Source of the DNA: Promethearchaeota archaeon
GTDB lineage: Archaea; Asgardarchaeota; Thorarchaeia; Thorarchaeales; Thorarchaeaceae
Length of the DNA: 39,881 nucleotides
Direction: 5' to 3'
Assembly: GCA_048939765.1 (NCBI GenBank)
Contig: JBHLPF010000012.1
Coordinates: 1-39,881, forward strand
Part shown: positions 28,490 through 38,179 of the stretch, in pieces
Numbering within the stretch: the first letter of the stretch is position 1
Layout: each line of letters opens with the position of its first letter
The notes under the pieces: generated by a model
Databases searched by the model: none
Told to the model about the DNA's origin: nothing
What the model saw: the letters and a program-made list of their open reading frames with translations, nothing else
Program-made: the position numbers and the translations under genes

Positions 28490-29842
28490 TCACATTCCAG
28501 GTCTCATATCGTCTTCGAGGTAAATATGTGCTTCACCCATTACAGGTTGTCTGACCTTGACCAGGATTAGTAGTGCAATTGCAAATACACCGAGAATGCT
28601 GAGCATTGCAACACGGTGAGCCATCGCTTCTCCTAAACTCGCAGCTAGTGCAAGCACGGTTCCATATACAGCCGGACCGATTATTGCCGCGAATTTCCCA
28701 CTCAAGGCATAGATTCCGAACATCTCAGTCTTTTTCTCTTCGGGGATGAACTGACCGTACATTGACCTGGCTGTGCTTTGCGAAGAACCCATTCCGACGC
28801 CTGCTATCATGCCAACTGTCCACCATATGATCTGAGCTTCACCAAAGAATGCGATAAGCAGAGCAGCAATCCAAATGCCGAGAGTGATCATCAGAGTCTT
28901 CTTGGTGCCAATTGAGTCTGCAATGTATCCGAAGACAAAGGCTCCTGGAATAGCAGCTAGCTGTGTCACTGCAAAGAATATCAAAATGAGCTCATCACTG
29001 AATCCATAGACCGCAGCTCCAAAAATGGCGGCGAAGTAGATCACTGTGCTTATTGCATCAGAAAACAGGAAGTAAGAGGCTAGGAACCGTGGCAGCCCTT
29101 CATATTCTCCAATCTTGCTGAAGGTCTTCCTCACTCGTCTGAAGCCTATCGTGACTATGCTTACACCCTCCTCATCAGGGAATTGACTTGGAGGTCGTTC
29201 TTTCAGCCCAATGATGCTTGGCACTGCAAACACTAGGAAGAATATTGCAGCAAACAGGAAGGGCAATGTTGGATAGTCTGGAAGCATGAAGTAGCTGACT
29301 AGCGCAATAATGATGGTTAGCATTGCACCCACATAGCCTGCTGCGTATCCAATACCGCTGATTCTTCCTACATCTTCTTCTGTACTGATTTCAGGCAGCC
29401 AAGCATTATAGAATGGCAAAGCGCCTTCAAATCCAATGTTTGCTATGATGAAGAGTATGAACCCCCACATCCACATATCTACCCCCAAGAATGTTGGCAC
29501 GTCCTCTCTGAGGAAGAACATTAGTGATGTGAAGACGATTGACAATCCAGTGTAGAATGTCAGGAACTTTTTCTTCGCACCAGAGTAGTCAGCCATAGCT
29601 CCGAGGATCGGCGATGTAAGCGCAATTATTAGCATCGTGATGCTTCCTGCATATCCCCAAAGAGTCCCTCCTAGAATAGGGTCTCCTACCAATCTTCGGA
29701 AAAAGAGCGGGAAGAGAGCAGTGACAATGAGTACTGTGAAACTTGTATTGGCAAAGTCAAACAGGTACCAAGCGGCTCTCTCTCTTCTGTCAGTTGGGAT
29801 TCTTCCGGTCGGTTGTTGCTCACCCATTACTTCTATCTCCAT
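28490..29842 (-). CDS. MFS transporter, UMF1/Atg22-like family
   Basis: AWYLFDFANTSF N-terminal motif, SPILGAMADYSGAKK, FYNAWLP, about 12 TM. Confidence 0.88.
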   Translation of the reverse strand: MEIEVMGEQQPTGRIPTDRRERAAWYLFDFANTSFTVLIVTALFPLFFRRLVGDPILGGTLWGYAGSITMLIIALTSPILGAMADYSGAKKKFLTFYTGLSIVFTSLMFFLREDVPTFLGVDMWMWGFILFIIANIGFEGALPFYNAWLPEISTEEDVGRISGIGYAAGYVGAMLTIIIALVSYFMLPDYPTLPFLFAAIFFLVFAVPSIIGLKERPPSQFPDEEGVSIVTIGFRRVRKTFSKIGEYEGLPRFLASYFLFSDAISTVIYFAAIFGAAVYGFSDELILIFFAVTQLAAIPGAFVFGYIADSIGTKKTLMITLGIWIAALLIAFFGEAQIIWWTVGMIAGVGMGSSQSTARSMYGQFIPEEKKTEMFGIYALSGKFAAIIGPAVYGTVLALAASLGEAMAHRVAMLSILGVFAIALLILVKVRQPVMGEAHIYLEDDMRPGM

Positions 29843-29957
29843 ACTTCATTATGATTTGAAACAACTCATGGCTTCATATCAGACATAAGTTTCTGTCGGA
29901 ACTACATTACTATCATCAACCGGAAGAGTTTACCATAAGTATAGACACACTCAAATC

Positions 29958-30350
29958 ATGCACGAAGCAGAGGCACTAAAATTCTGTGAGAGGTGGCTCG
30001 CAGCCTGGACTGGGAATCAGCCCGAGAAGCTTGTTGGGTTCTATGCGAATCATGCATTCTATCGCGATCCTTCAAAACCGCATGGTATCAAAGGTCGTGA
30101 CCAGCTGCTATTCTATTTCCAGAAATTGCTTGAGAGAAACCCTGATTGGGTTTGGACTGTTTCAAAGTTGTTCCCAACCAAAGACGGTTTTATTCTGAAA
30201 TGGAAGGCAGAGATACCGGTTGGCTCAAGTGTGTTGATTGAAGAAGGCATGGATATTGTCGAAGTCATGTTTGATAAGATTGTTCAAAATGAAGTGTATT
30301 TTGACCGATCGAATTGGCTAGAAGCATTGAAAGAGGACAAATGGTTCTGA
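29958..30350 (+). CDS. SnoaL/NTF2-like protein
   Basis: WLAAW..FYA..AFYRDP..GRD..GMD..KI...VYFD pattern. Confidence 0.85.
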   Translation: MHEAEALKFCERWLAAWTGNQPEKLVGFYANHAFYRDPSKPHGIKGRDQLLFYFQKLLERNPDWVWTVSKLFPTKDGFILKWKAEIPVGSSVLIEEGMDIVEVMFDKIVQNEVYFDRSNWLEALKEDKWF

Positions 30351-31091
30351 TTATACAGATAAGGCCTGATACCAATTCGCAATGATATCGTTGAATTGCT
30401 CCCATTGCTCTAGCATGACACTATGCCCCGCCTTGGGTATGACGTGCATCTCCGACCCCTCAATCCTTTCCGCCATGTATTGAGAGTATTTCACTGGAGT
30501 TAATGCGTCACTCTCACCCACAATTATCAAGGTGGGAAGGCTGATATCATTCACTCTTTCCATTATGTCAAATTCATTACACAACTTGTAGTCCCTGTGG
30601 GTTATGGAAGCTGGACACTTTCTGACTTCGACCCTAGATGCTTCTCTAAGATCTTCATCGGCATCGCCATGAAACATGATCTCGCCAACAGCATTCACAT
30701 AACCCTCAAAGTCATTCAGGAGCATATTCAGAATCATTGGATTCACTCTGAGTCGCGAACCAGTACCAACAAGTATGATGCCATTTAGCCTACCGGGGTT
30801 TTTGAGAGCATAGAGCTGAGTCAATGCTCCTCCCATGGAATGCCCACATAGAACCGGCTTTTCAAATCGGGAGACGACTGAATCAATGTCATCGAGATAC
30901 GAGTCGGTGGGATCAGCCTCCATCCGATCTCGTGTCTTTCCATGACCGTTGAGATCAAGGCCTATCATATGGAGTCGATCCGAGAGGTGCTTGATTTGCA
31001 TGTACCAGGTTGCTGAAGAGCCGCCTGCTCCATGGACCATGATGATTGGACCAGGATTTTCCTTTCCCCGTTCTTCAATGTGGACACTCAT
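30351..31091 (-). CDS. Alpha/beta hydrolase
   Basis: VHGAGG, DLNGHG, GHSMGG, GESD, AGH motifs; start moved to ATG 31091. Confidence 0.9.
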   Translation of the reverse strand: MSVHIEERGKENPGPIIMVHGAGGSSATWYMQIKHLSDRLHMIGLDLNGHGKTRDRMEADPTDSYLDDIDSVVSRFEKPVLCGHSMGGALTQLYALKNPGRLNGIILVGTGSRLRVNPMILNMLLNDFEGYVNAVGEIMFHGDADEDLREASRVEVRKCPASITHRDYKLCNEFDIMERVNDISLPTLIIVGESDALTPVKYSQYMAERIEGSEMHVIPKAGHSVMLEQWEQFNDIIANWYQALSV

Positions 31092-31142
31092 GATAGTGTG
31101 AACGCCTGCCCCTGCTTTGAACCTTGTGAATTTCCGCAAGGG

Positions 31143-31251
31143 TTTAAAAGAAGAGGTTTCACGGCGAGACTCGTGAGTTCTGTTATGGACATGCTCGATG
31201 TCGCCCTTTCATAGCTATGTCGCCTTTGAGGCCATAGTAGGAAAATCGAGC
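31143..31251 (+). promoter_or_regulatory. TATA box and structured 5' leader of the 64-aa gene
   Basis: TTTAAAA at 31143-31149; extended hairpin 31193-31251 ending 3 nt before the TTG start. Confidence 0.55.
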
Positions 31252-31254
31252 TAA

Positions 31255-31449
31255 TTGCCACACAAGAAGAGCCGTCGAGGCCAGAAGAAGACCCGTGTTC
31301 GTGAGGTCGGTGGTCTTCACTATCCCCGCAAGATGGTACGCTGCACTGTGAGTGCGGCTCCAAACTGCAGGGGCTGGGTGAATGGAAATACCATGCCTGC
31401 ACCGGGTATCTGCAAGCGTTGCTGGCAGAGATTGAATTCCAAGAAATAG
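31255..31449 (+). CDS. Small basic 4-Cys zinc-binding protein, possibly divergent ribosomal protein eL34
   Basis: MPHKKSRRGQKKTRVREVGGLHYPRKMVRC...C..VNG...GICKRC; own TATA box and terminator support a real gene; eL34 resemblance is by eye only. Confidence 0.6.
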   Translation: MPHKKSRRGQKKTRVREVGGLHYPRKMVRCTVSAAPNCRGWVNGNTMPAPGICKRCWQRLNSKK

Positions 31450-31478
31450 GGGTGTTTCACCCCTTTCTTCTGTTTTCT
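31448..31478 (+). terminator. Hairpin plus U-rich terminator
   Basis: AGGGGTG-TTT-CACCCCT followed by TTCTTCTGTTTTCT. Confidence 0.7.
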
Positions 31479-31530
31479 ATATTGGCTGCTATATCTTGGA
31501 CCACTGCAATCAGGCGTTTTCCTCAGATGT

Positions 31531-32487
31531 CTAGCCACGGGCCTCCTTTTCATAAGGAGTGCCGACTGCTTTGGGCGGGACAGATCTTCTTATTCCTGCA
31601 AGAGCCACAATCACTAGGATATACGGTATCATTTTGATGAAGTTGACGTACTCCAGCATGAAGTCGAATTCCGGCAAAACTGTTATAGCAAGTTGGAGTC
31701 CATCTAGGAATCCGAATAAGACGCCTGCCATGAGGCAGCCAAATGGAGTCCAGTTGCCGAAGATCAAGGCTGCCAGAGCAATGAATCCTCTTCCCACGGT
31801 CATCAACTTGCCAAACTCTGAGGCTAGTGAGATTGAAAGAAAAGCGCCTCCCAATCCTGAAAGACAGCCACTAAGAATCACCCCTATCATGCGTATGGCA
31901 CTAACATTAACTCCAGCAGCGTCTAGTGCGCTTGGATCTTCCCCGGCTGCCTGGACTCTAAGACCAAACGGTGTCTTATATAGCACATACCAGCTTACGA
32001 TGACCAGAATGATCATGATATACACAAGTGGAGATTGTGCTCCAAGAGCCCTCCCTAGGATTGGTATATCTCTTATGGGTTCTATGACTACATTTGGCAG
32101 TTTAGTGACTGAGTCCGACACTCCCTTGACGCCCCAGACGACCTCCAGCATTAGCGTAGTGAATCCTCCGGCAAAGAGTATGATGCCTGCGCCACTCACA
32201 ATCTGGTTCCCCTTGTACTTGACGCACACTATGGCGTGGACAGCCGCTAACATTCCTCCGGAAATCACAGCGGCCAATACACCTAACCAGGGATTGTTTG
32301 TGAAGTAAGTCGCGGCCACTGCGCTAAACGCGCCTATCAACATCATTCCCTCTAGACCTATGTTTACAACACCTGTCTTCTCCGAGAACAGGCCTCCCAA
32401 TGCTGCCAGAACAAGTGGTGTCGACATCATCAGAGTAGCCTTCAGAAGCCATCCTGCAAAGGTAATGAGAAGCTCAATCTCTTGCAT
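31531..32487 (-). CDS. ABC transporter permease (nucleoside/sugar, CUT2 type) 2
   Basis: SEKTGVVNIGLEG, TPFGLR..GE...A.DAAGVNV, GRGFIALAALIFGNW; ATG 32487 overlaps upstream TAA. Confidence 0.92.
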   Translation of the reverse strand: MQEIELLITFAGWLLKATLMMSTPLVLAALGGLFSEKTGVVNIGLEGMMLIGAFSAVAATYFTNNPWLGVLAAVISGGMLAAVHAIVCVKYKGNQIVSGAGIILFAGGFTTLMLEVVWGVKGVSDSVTKLPNVVIEPIRDIPILGRALGAQSPLVYIMIILVIVSWYVLYKTPFGLRVQAAGEDPSALDAAGVNVSAIRMIGVILSGCLSGLGGAFLSISLASEFGKLMTVGRGFIALAALIFGNWTPFGCLMAGVLFGFLDGLQLAITVLPEFDFMLEYVNFIKMIPYILVIVALAGIRRSVPPKAVGTPYEKEARG

Positions 32488-34043
32488 TATTCCGTACCTC
32501 CTTCGGACTGTATGGTGAGAGCCTGTGTCATCCAAAACACAACCGTTAAAATGAGCCCTACAATAACCATAATCAGACCCGTGTTGAAGAATACCCATCC
32601 TCCAATCAATGCATCAAGAGCAATAGCACCAAACCATGCAGTTGCTGGGATTGATGACCGGTAAATCTCTGTTTCTTGTCTTGCGAGTGTTTTGTACGCT
32701 GCTTGACCGCTTAGTATGCCAACAAGCAATGGGAATGCGGCGTTTATAGGATTAACTGGAAACAATGAAGCCGCCAAACCGAAACCCAAGAACAATCCAA
32801 ATAGATTGTAGACCAAGACGATGAGCCCGGGGAATGCTTCTCTATAATCCCTCCTGATCCAGGATACTGAATCAACGCTGTGTCTTCCAATCCAATCAAT
32901 GATTCTTGGTGCAGCCACAAAAACGACAACCAGACCTTGAATTAAGCCAACTATTTCTATTGGTACATGGGCGATCTGATGCATGCGATTGCCGCCTGCC
33001 CTGAGGGCTCCGAAGAATATCGCTGCGCCCAGCACACCCCAAGGACTGTTGTTGCCAAGAACTGCGACTGTTATCCCATCCCATCCTAATCCGCCCGACC
33101 AGCCATCAAGAAATCTGTGATGCGTCCCTAGGATTTCTCCTGCACCACCGATACCAGCTAGGGCTCCGCTGAGTCCCAGCGCCAGAGCCATCTTCCACTT
33201 GGCATTGATTCCTGCATATTCTGCGGCTTCCTGGTTCAGTCCGACTGCCTTCATCTCATAACCCAGAACAGTCCGCTTCAGTAAGAAATCAACACCAATA
33301 ACGCAAACGATGGCGACTACTATTCCCCAATGCAAATATGGACCCCCTATCTTCGGCAATTCTGCGGTTTCCAAGATTCGAGTCGTTTGGGAAATCCATT
33401 CATATTCTCCATGTTCTTTCAGTGGACCAGAGGACAGATATTGAGTGAAATTAATCGCTACATAGCTTAACATCATCGTAGTGACTACCTCGTGACTTCC
33501 ACGATAGGCTCTCAACAGCCCGGGGAGAAATCCCCACAGTCCCCCGACTATCGCCGCTACACCGATGCAAACGAGTGGATGAATCAAGAATGGAAGTGCA
33601 ATCACATATCCAAAGATTGCCGCTGCCATTGAACCCATCAGAAGCTGCCCTTCTGGCCCAATGTTGAATAGCCCGCATTTGAAGGCGAGTGCAACGGATA
33701 GTCCCGTAAGGACCAATGGAGTCGCATATTGCAGGATTCTGTCGGGTTGGTCCAAAGCACCCCGAATGAGGTGCTGGAAACCCAAGATGGCATCATAGCC
33801 CATGATCGTCAACAGAAGTGTACTCACTAGTATCGCAAGGGCAATGGACCCTAGAGCCCAGAGCAGCGGATTCCAGTAATGCCTATCTGGAAGTCGACGC
33901 TTGACTTTATTGAATACATCTGCAAGCCTTTGCACCCAAGCATACTTGAGGAGTCTGAGTTTCAGTCGCCCGATAGTGCCAAGCTTTTCCTCCTGCGTAC
34001 CAGCTCCCTCCGCAGCAATGTCCTCAGCGTTTTCCGTACTCAC
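32487..34043 (-). CDS. ABC transporter permease (nucleoside/sugar, CUT2 type) 1, with extra C-terminal TM segments
   Basis: GLFNIGPEGQ, HEVVTTMML, GLNQEAAEYAGI, GWDGITVAVLG. Confidence 0.92.
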   Translation of the reverse strand: MSTENAEDIAAEGAGTQEEKLGTIGRLKLRLLKYAWVQRLADVFNKVKRRLPDRHYWNPLLWALGSIALAILVSTLLLTIMGYDAILGFQHLIRGALDQPDRILQYATPLVLTGLSVALAFKCGLFNIGPEGQLLMGSMAAAIFGYVIALPFLIHPLVCIGVAAIVGGLWGFLPGLLRAYRGSHEVVTTMMLSYVAINFTQYLSSGPLKEHGEYEWISQTTRILETAELPKIGGPYLHWGIVVAIVCVIGVDFLLKRTVLGYEMKAVGLNQEAAEYAGINAKWKMALALGLSGALAGIGGAGEILGTHHRFLDGWSGGLGWDGITVAVLGNNSPWGVLGAAIFFGALRAGGNRMHQIAHVPIEIVGLIQGLVVVFVAAPRIIDWIGRHSVDSVSWIRRDYREAFPGLIVLVYNLFGLFLGFGLAASLFPVNPINAAFPLLVGILSGQAAYKTLARQETEIYRSSIPATAWFGAIALDALIGGWVFFNTGLIMVIVGLILTVVFWMTQALTIQSEGGTE

Positions 34044-35752
34044 TCAGACACCCCCTGAGAATATGTTCTTTCACTATGACCGGCCATCAGTAGTCCGAGC
34101 TCCTCAATGCTGGTTTCGTCTGGGGTTTTGATGGCCACTATTTGTCCTTCGAATATCACTCCTATTCTGTCAGCCAAAGTCCATACCTCGTCCAAGTCTG
34201 CCGTGACCAAGAGCAGGGCTACTCCAGAATCCCTCATTGACAGGAGCACTCTGTGGATGTACTCAGTTGCTCCGACATCTAGACCCCTGGTAGGCTGGGC
34301 AGCTATAACCAATTTGGGATCGAAAGCTAATTCCCTCGCAACGATTAGTTTCTGTTGATTTCCGCCTGACATAGTGCTGACACGTGACTTGGGACCCCCG
34401 ACCTTTATCGAGAACTCGTCGACAAGCTTCCTCGATGTTTCAAGGATACTATCCCGGTTTATAAACAACCTTCTTGGCCCCGAAGTGAAGCGTGCCCTAT
34501 GATGATTCCCGAGGACGATGTTCTCTCCTACATTATATCCAAGAACCAGTCCTCTTCTTTGCCTATCCTCAGGAATATGACTCACACCAGATTCCCGGAC
34601 ACTTCTGGGGTCTTCACCGGTTATGTCATGACCCAGTACAGTGATATGCCCTTCCAGTGGCTTCCGCAGACCTGAAATAGCCTCCACCAGTTCGGTCTGG
34701 CCATTCCCCTCCACACCAGCAATGCCAAAGATCTCCCCTGCATCTATTTCGAATGATATTCCTCTGACTCTTGTTAGCCCGTGACTGTCTGCTACCTTCA
34801 GTCCGTCTATCGAGAGGACGGATTCGCCCAATGACAGAGGGGCTTTCTCAACCCTGAACACAACAGGACGTCCGACCATCAACTTGGCCAGTTCTTGGGG
34901 GGATGTGTCATCCTTATTCACAGTCCCTACAAGCTCGCCATCTCGAAGAACAGAAATCCTGTCGCATAATGCCATCGGTTCACGTAGTTTGTGTGTGATC
35001 AATATAATGGTCCTGCCAGAGTCCCTGAAGACCTCTAGAGTCTCAAAAAGCTCATCAACTTCCTGCGGTGTCAGTACAGAAGTCGGCTCGTCAAGAATCA
35101 GAATGTCCGCTTCCCGATAGAGTGTCTTTATTATCTCGACTCTTTGTTGAATACCCACTGATAAGTCGCCCACGAGTGCCTTTGGGTCCACCGCGAGTCC
35201 ATTCTCTTCTGAGATTCTTCGTATCCTCTCCTCTGCTTTATCAAAGTCAATCCGCATGAGTTCCCTGCCCAGTCCAAGTGCTTTCCGGCCAAGTCCTCTG
35301 AATACGGAGCCCAGTTGTCCAAGGCTGCTGGACGCGTCCCCAGTCTGTTCTGGGGGCTGGTCTACTCTATTCGAGGCGGATTCAAGACCCAGTATGATGT
35401 TTTCTGCCACGGAAAGTGTAGAAATCAACTTGAAATGTTGGTGAACCATCCCTACCCCTCTGACAATGGCATCCTGAGGAGACTGCAACTCTACCTCCTC
35501 CCCCTTGATGACAATCCTTCCAGAGTCCTTTGTCAGCAGGCCGTAAAGTATGTTCATGAGTGTGCTCTTGCCTGCCCCATTTTCACCGAGAAGCCCATGA
35601 ACCTCGCCCTCTTCAACTCGCAACGTAATATCCCGGTTTGCCTGAACGCCACCCGGGAATGTCTTGCAGATTCCTTCAAGCTCAACTGCGTAGATGGCTG
35701 CAACCTCCTGTCCTAGGAAATCAAATCTCGTCTTAGAGACTCGTGAAGACAT
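34040..35752 (-). CDS. ABC transporter ATP-binding protein (two-domain nucleoside/sugar type)
   Basis: GENGAGKST, VHQHF, LSVG, ILDEPT, GVEGNGQ, HIPEDR, SGGNQQK, QPTRGLD. Confidence 0.95.
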   Translation of the reverse strand: MSSRVSKTRFDFLGQEVAAIYAVELEGICKTFPGGVQANRDITLRVEEGEVHGLLGENGAGKSTLMNILYGLLTKDSGRIVIKGEEVELQSPQDAIVRGVGMVHQHFKLISTLSVAENIILGLESASNRVDQPPEQTGDASSSLGQLGSVFRGLGRKALGLGRELMRIDFDKAEERIRRISEENGLAVDPKALVGDLSVGIQQRVEIIKTLYREADILILDEPTSVLTPQEVDELFETLEVFRDSGRTIILITHKLREPMALCDRISVLRDGELVGTVNKDDTSPQELAKLMVGRPVVFRVEKAPLSLGESVLSIDGLKVADSHGLTRVRGISFEIDAGEIFGIAGVEGNGQTELVEAISGLRKPLEGHITVLGHDITGEDPRSVRESGVSHIPEDRQRRGLVLGYNVGENIVLGNHHRARFTSGPRRLFINRDSILETSRKLVDEFSIKVGGPKSRVSTMSGGNQQKLIVARELAFDPKLVIAAQPTRGLDVGATEYIHRVLLSMRDSGVALLLVTADLDEVWTLADRIGVIFEGQIVAIKTPDETSIEELGLLMAGHSERTYSQGVSE

Positions 35753-35809
35753 CCTATGGGATGCTGGATTATTAAACTGGGTTATAAACCGTGCGGGATT
35801 GAAGTGCAG

Positions 35810-35842
35810 GGAAAAAAGAGGAAAGAGGAGGCGTTCGCCTCC
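35810..35842 (-). terminator. Hairpin plus U-tract terminator after bmp gene
   Basis: Minus strand GGAGGC-GAAC-GCCTCC then TCTTTCCTCTTTTTTCC. Confidence 0.7.
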
Positions 35843-35861
35843 AGTTTCGATTTAATTTACG

Positions 35862-37052
35862 CTATGGTATCCAGTAGAGATCGTTTGGTACTACGAGGCT
35901 ACCGTTCGCAATCGCGAGTTTCAAATCATCAACAACATCAAGTATGTCCTGGGGTATGACTCGCAGTGCTGGGAATTTTTCGTAATCGATGCCGCCATTC
36001 GCAATGCTACCAGTATACACACCCGGGGTGTGGGTTGCTTGTGTAGCGTTATAGATTGAATCATAGACTGCGATATCAACCCTCTTGAGCATCGATGTGA
36101 TGACAGAAGTAGGTCCTTCTGGCGGGTCTTGAGACGGATTGGGAGTTCCGAGGTACATCTGCGGTGAGTCAACACCGATTGCCCAGGTTGGATGTAGCAG
36201 GGTTTCGTTCAATACCTTGGCAGTGTTTATCACTCCTAGACCTGCTCGCCCTGTCGCTTGGAAGATGATGTCATTTCCGCCAAGATCGTACATTGCATCT
36301 GCTTTGACTGTTGCTGCAGCGATGTCGGTGAATGCCAAATAGTTGCTTCCAGTATATTCCACCTGGACGTTGCCTGGTGCGGTAGTCCCAACATAACCGG
36401 AAAACCCTGGTCTCGAGTAGTTAGCTCCCCAGACGTAGCCACCAATGAACTTCTCGAACAATGGGTCCGGATATGCTGCAAGAATTCCAATCTGGTCGGT
36501 CGTTGTAAACAGAGAGGCAAACGCACCAACAAGTGCAGAGCCCTCGTTCTCATTGAAGAGCAATGATGTGATTGTTGGATAGACAGCCGGATCCATGAAC
36601 ATATCGACGATTGCATAGGCTTGGTTCGCGCTTTCAGTTTCGTTGGCCACAGTTCCCAACGCACTACCTTGGGTGAATCCAATGCAGATTATTATGTCAT
36701 AGGGATCATCATAACCCACATGACGAGTATAGTCACGTATATACCCCTCGAATTCTGTCACAGACTGGGGTTCAACGTACGTGAACTCGATACCTAGATC
36801 TTCATGAGCTTTAACGGCCCCCGCGTAGGCGGCGTCATTGAAGCTCTTGTCACCAAGTCCCCCTGTCGCAAACACTATTGCGACATCATACGGATTAGGA
36901 TTGCCGGTTGGGGTGGTTGTCGTGGTTGTGGTAGTTGTCGTGGTCGTCGTAGGCGGTGCAAATGGATTGTATACAAGGACATAGATGCCTAGACCAGCAA
37001 TTGCTATGATGACAATTACACCCACAGCTAGCATTCCTCTATTAGAACTCAT
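35862..37052 (-). CDS. BMP family ABC substrate-binding protein (purine nucleoside type) with TM anchor and poly-Thr linker
   Basis: GGLGDKSFND, IGF, NEGSALVG, IGVDS, TSMLKRVD motifs; N-terminal TM then 13 consecutive Thr. Confidence 0.93.
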   Translation of the reverse strand: MSSNRGMLAVGVIVIIAIAGLGIYVLVYNPFAPPTTTTTTTTTTTTTPTGNPNPYDVAIVFATGGLGDKSFNDAAYAGAVKAHEDLGIEFTYVEPQSVTEFEGYIRDYTRHVGYDDPYDIIICIGFTQGSALGTVANETESANQAYAIVDMFMDPAVYPTITSLLFNENEGSALVGAFASLFTTTDQIGILAAYPDPLFEKFIGGYVWGANYSRPGFSGYVGTTAPGNVQVEYTGSNYLAFTDIAAATVKADAMYDLGGNDIIFQATGRAGLGVINTAKVLNETLLHPTWAIGVDSPQMYLGTPNPSQDPPEGPTSVITSMLKRVDIAVYDSIYNATQATHTPGVYTGSIANGGIDYEKFPALRVIPQDILDVVDDLKLAIANGSLVVPNDLYWIP

Positions 37053-37278
37053 CTATCTTCTTCTCTCCTAACATGTTAGTTCTGGAGTATCAAACGCAAG
37101 TAACCAATACTCTGCGTTTAGATGTTACAGTCGGTTGCCAAACTTACTAAAAAAGGCGTCGCAAACATGCTTGATTAGCTATTCAATTCAGGCGGTGTTT
37201 ATGAATGCGGCATATGAATTGACGAGCTATATTGTGCAGGATTACCTTTAAAACGGCAAATTCAGGGCGATTACTACC

Positions 37279-37725
37279 TTGAAGAAAATTCATAACCGGA
37301 ATCCGCTGATGCTATGTCTTGTCGGCGGGTTACTCATGATATCCTCTGGTGCGAGCGGAGCGATTAGTACCCTTGCTGAACTAGCTCCTCACCTAGGCAA
37401 TCTTTTCGGGACGGGTTTTGTCCTCACCTTTGATACTATCATGGGAATTCTTGCGGCTCTGACACTCATTAGTGGGGTCGGTGTGATTGTTGGAGGTCTG
37501 GTTCTGACTACGCGTTTCTATCTGCTTGGAAGAGTTGTTGTAGTCTTTTGCATCGTGATGGGCGTTGCAGGTCTCATCATGAGTCTTCTCCAATTACTAA
37601 TGGCAGGAACCCTAATGATGGGCCTATCCATTCAACTTGCTCAATCAATCGGCTGGGTCGGTGCGATGTTCTCATTAATCGCTCAGACAATCGCCGAGCA
37701 GCCTTCAATGCTTGCTTCAGAATGA
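37279..37725 (+). CDS. Hypothetical 4-TM membrane protein
   Basis: Four Gly-rich hydrophobic segments; TTTAAAA TATA-like box about 30 nt upstream of TTG. Confidence 0.7.
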   Translation: MKKIHNRNPLMLCLVGGLLMISSGASGAISTLAELAPHLGNLFGTGFVLTFDTIMGILAALTLISGVGVIVGGLVLTTRFYLLGRVVVVFCIVMGVAGLIMSLLQLLMAGTLMMGLSIQLAQSIGWVGAMFSLIAQTIAEQPSMLASE

Positions 37726-37729
37726 AGCG

Positions 37730-38125
37730 TTACAGGTCCAGAACTGAAACGGATGTTTCAAGCAATTTAGCAGCCTGAATGCACTCACGAAGAATCCCTG
37801 ACTTATCCTGATCCATCGGTGCGAAGCATGATACAAACCAAACTCCCTTGCCCGTGCCCACAACGAGAGCTATCGCCCCTTCTGGATTTATCGCGACAAA
37901 TCCATTCTTCTCAGTCATAGCGCTCAGGAAGGAGATCTGCTTGACTACGAAATTACTCGTTCCGCCATTCCAAGCACTGAAGATCGCATGAAGATCACTT
38001 GTGGCAAGTTGCATGTTGTCTGTTGCATAAGCGACTGTCCCTTCATAGGAAAATACAGCAGAACCAATGATCCCTTCATAATTGGACATTGCGATGTCTA
38101 TAGTCCTCTTGATGCGCATGACCAT
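37730..38125 (-). CDS. Asgard-type profilin-like protein (divergent)
   Basis: 131 aa; IIGSAVFSYEGTVAYATDN and FVVKQISF...FVAINPEG..LVV follow the pattern of Asgard profilins as recalled. Confidence 0.7.
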   Translation of the reverse strand: MVMRIKRTIDIAMSNYEGIIGSAVFSYEGTVAYATDNMQLATSDLHAIFSAWNGGTSNFVVKQISFLSAMTEKNGFVAINPEGAIALVVGTGKGVWFVSCFAPMDQDKSGILRECIQAAKLLETSVSVLDL

Positions 38126-38179
38126 TCTGATGTCCCATTATGAACTACATCTATCGATAGAAATAGGTATGTGGCGTAT

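Noticed and set aside
28490-29842. Atg22-like MFS as a eukaryotic signature
   Set aside because: The UMF1/Atg22-like family is widespread in bacteria and archaea
36913-36951. Trinucleotide-like repeat
   Set aside because: Encodes the poly-Thr linker with mixed codons; not a phase-variable tract or CRISPR
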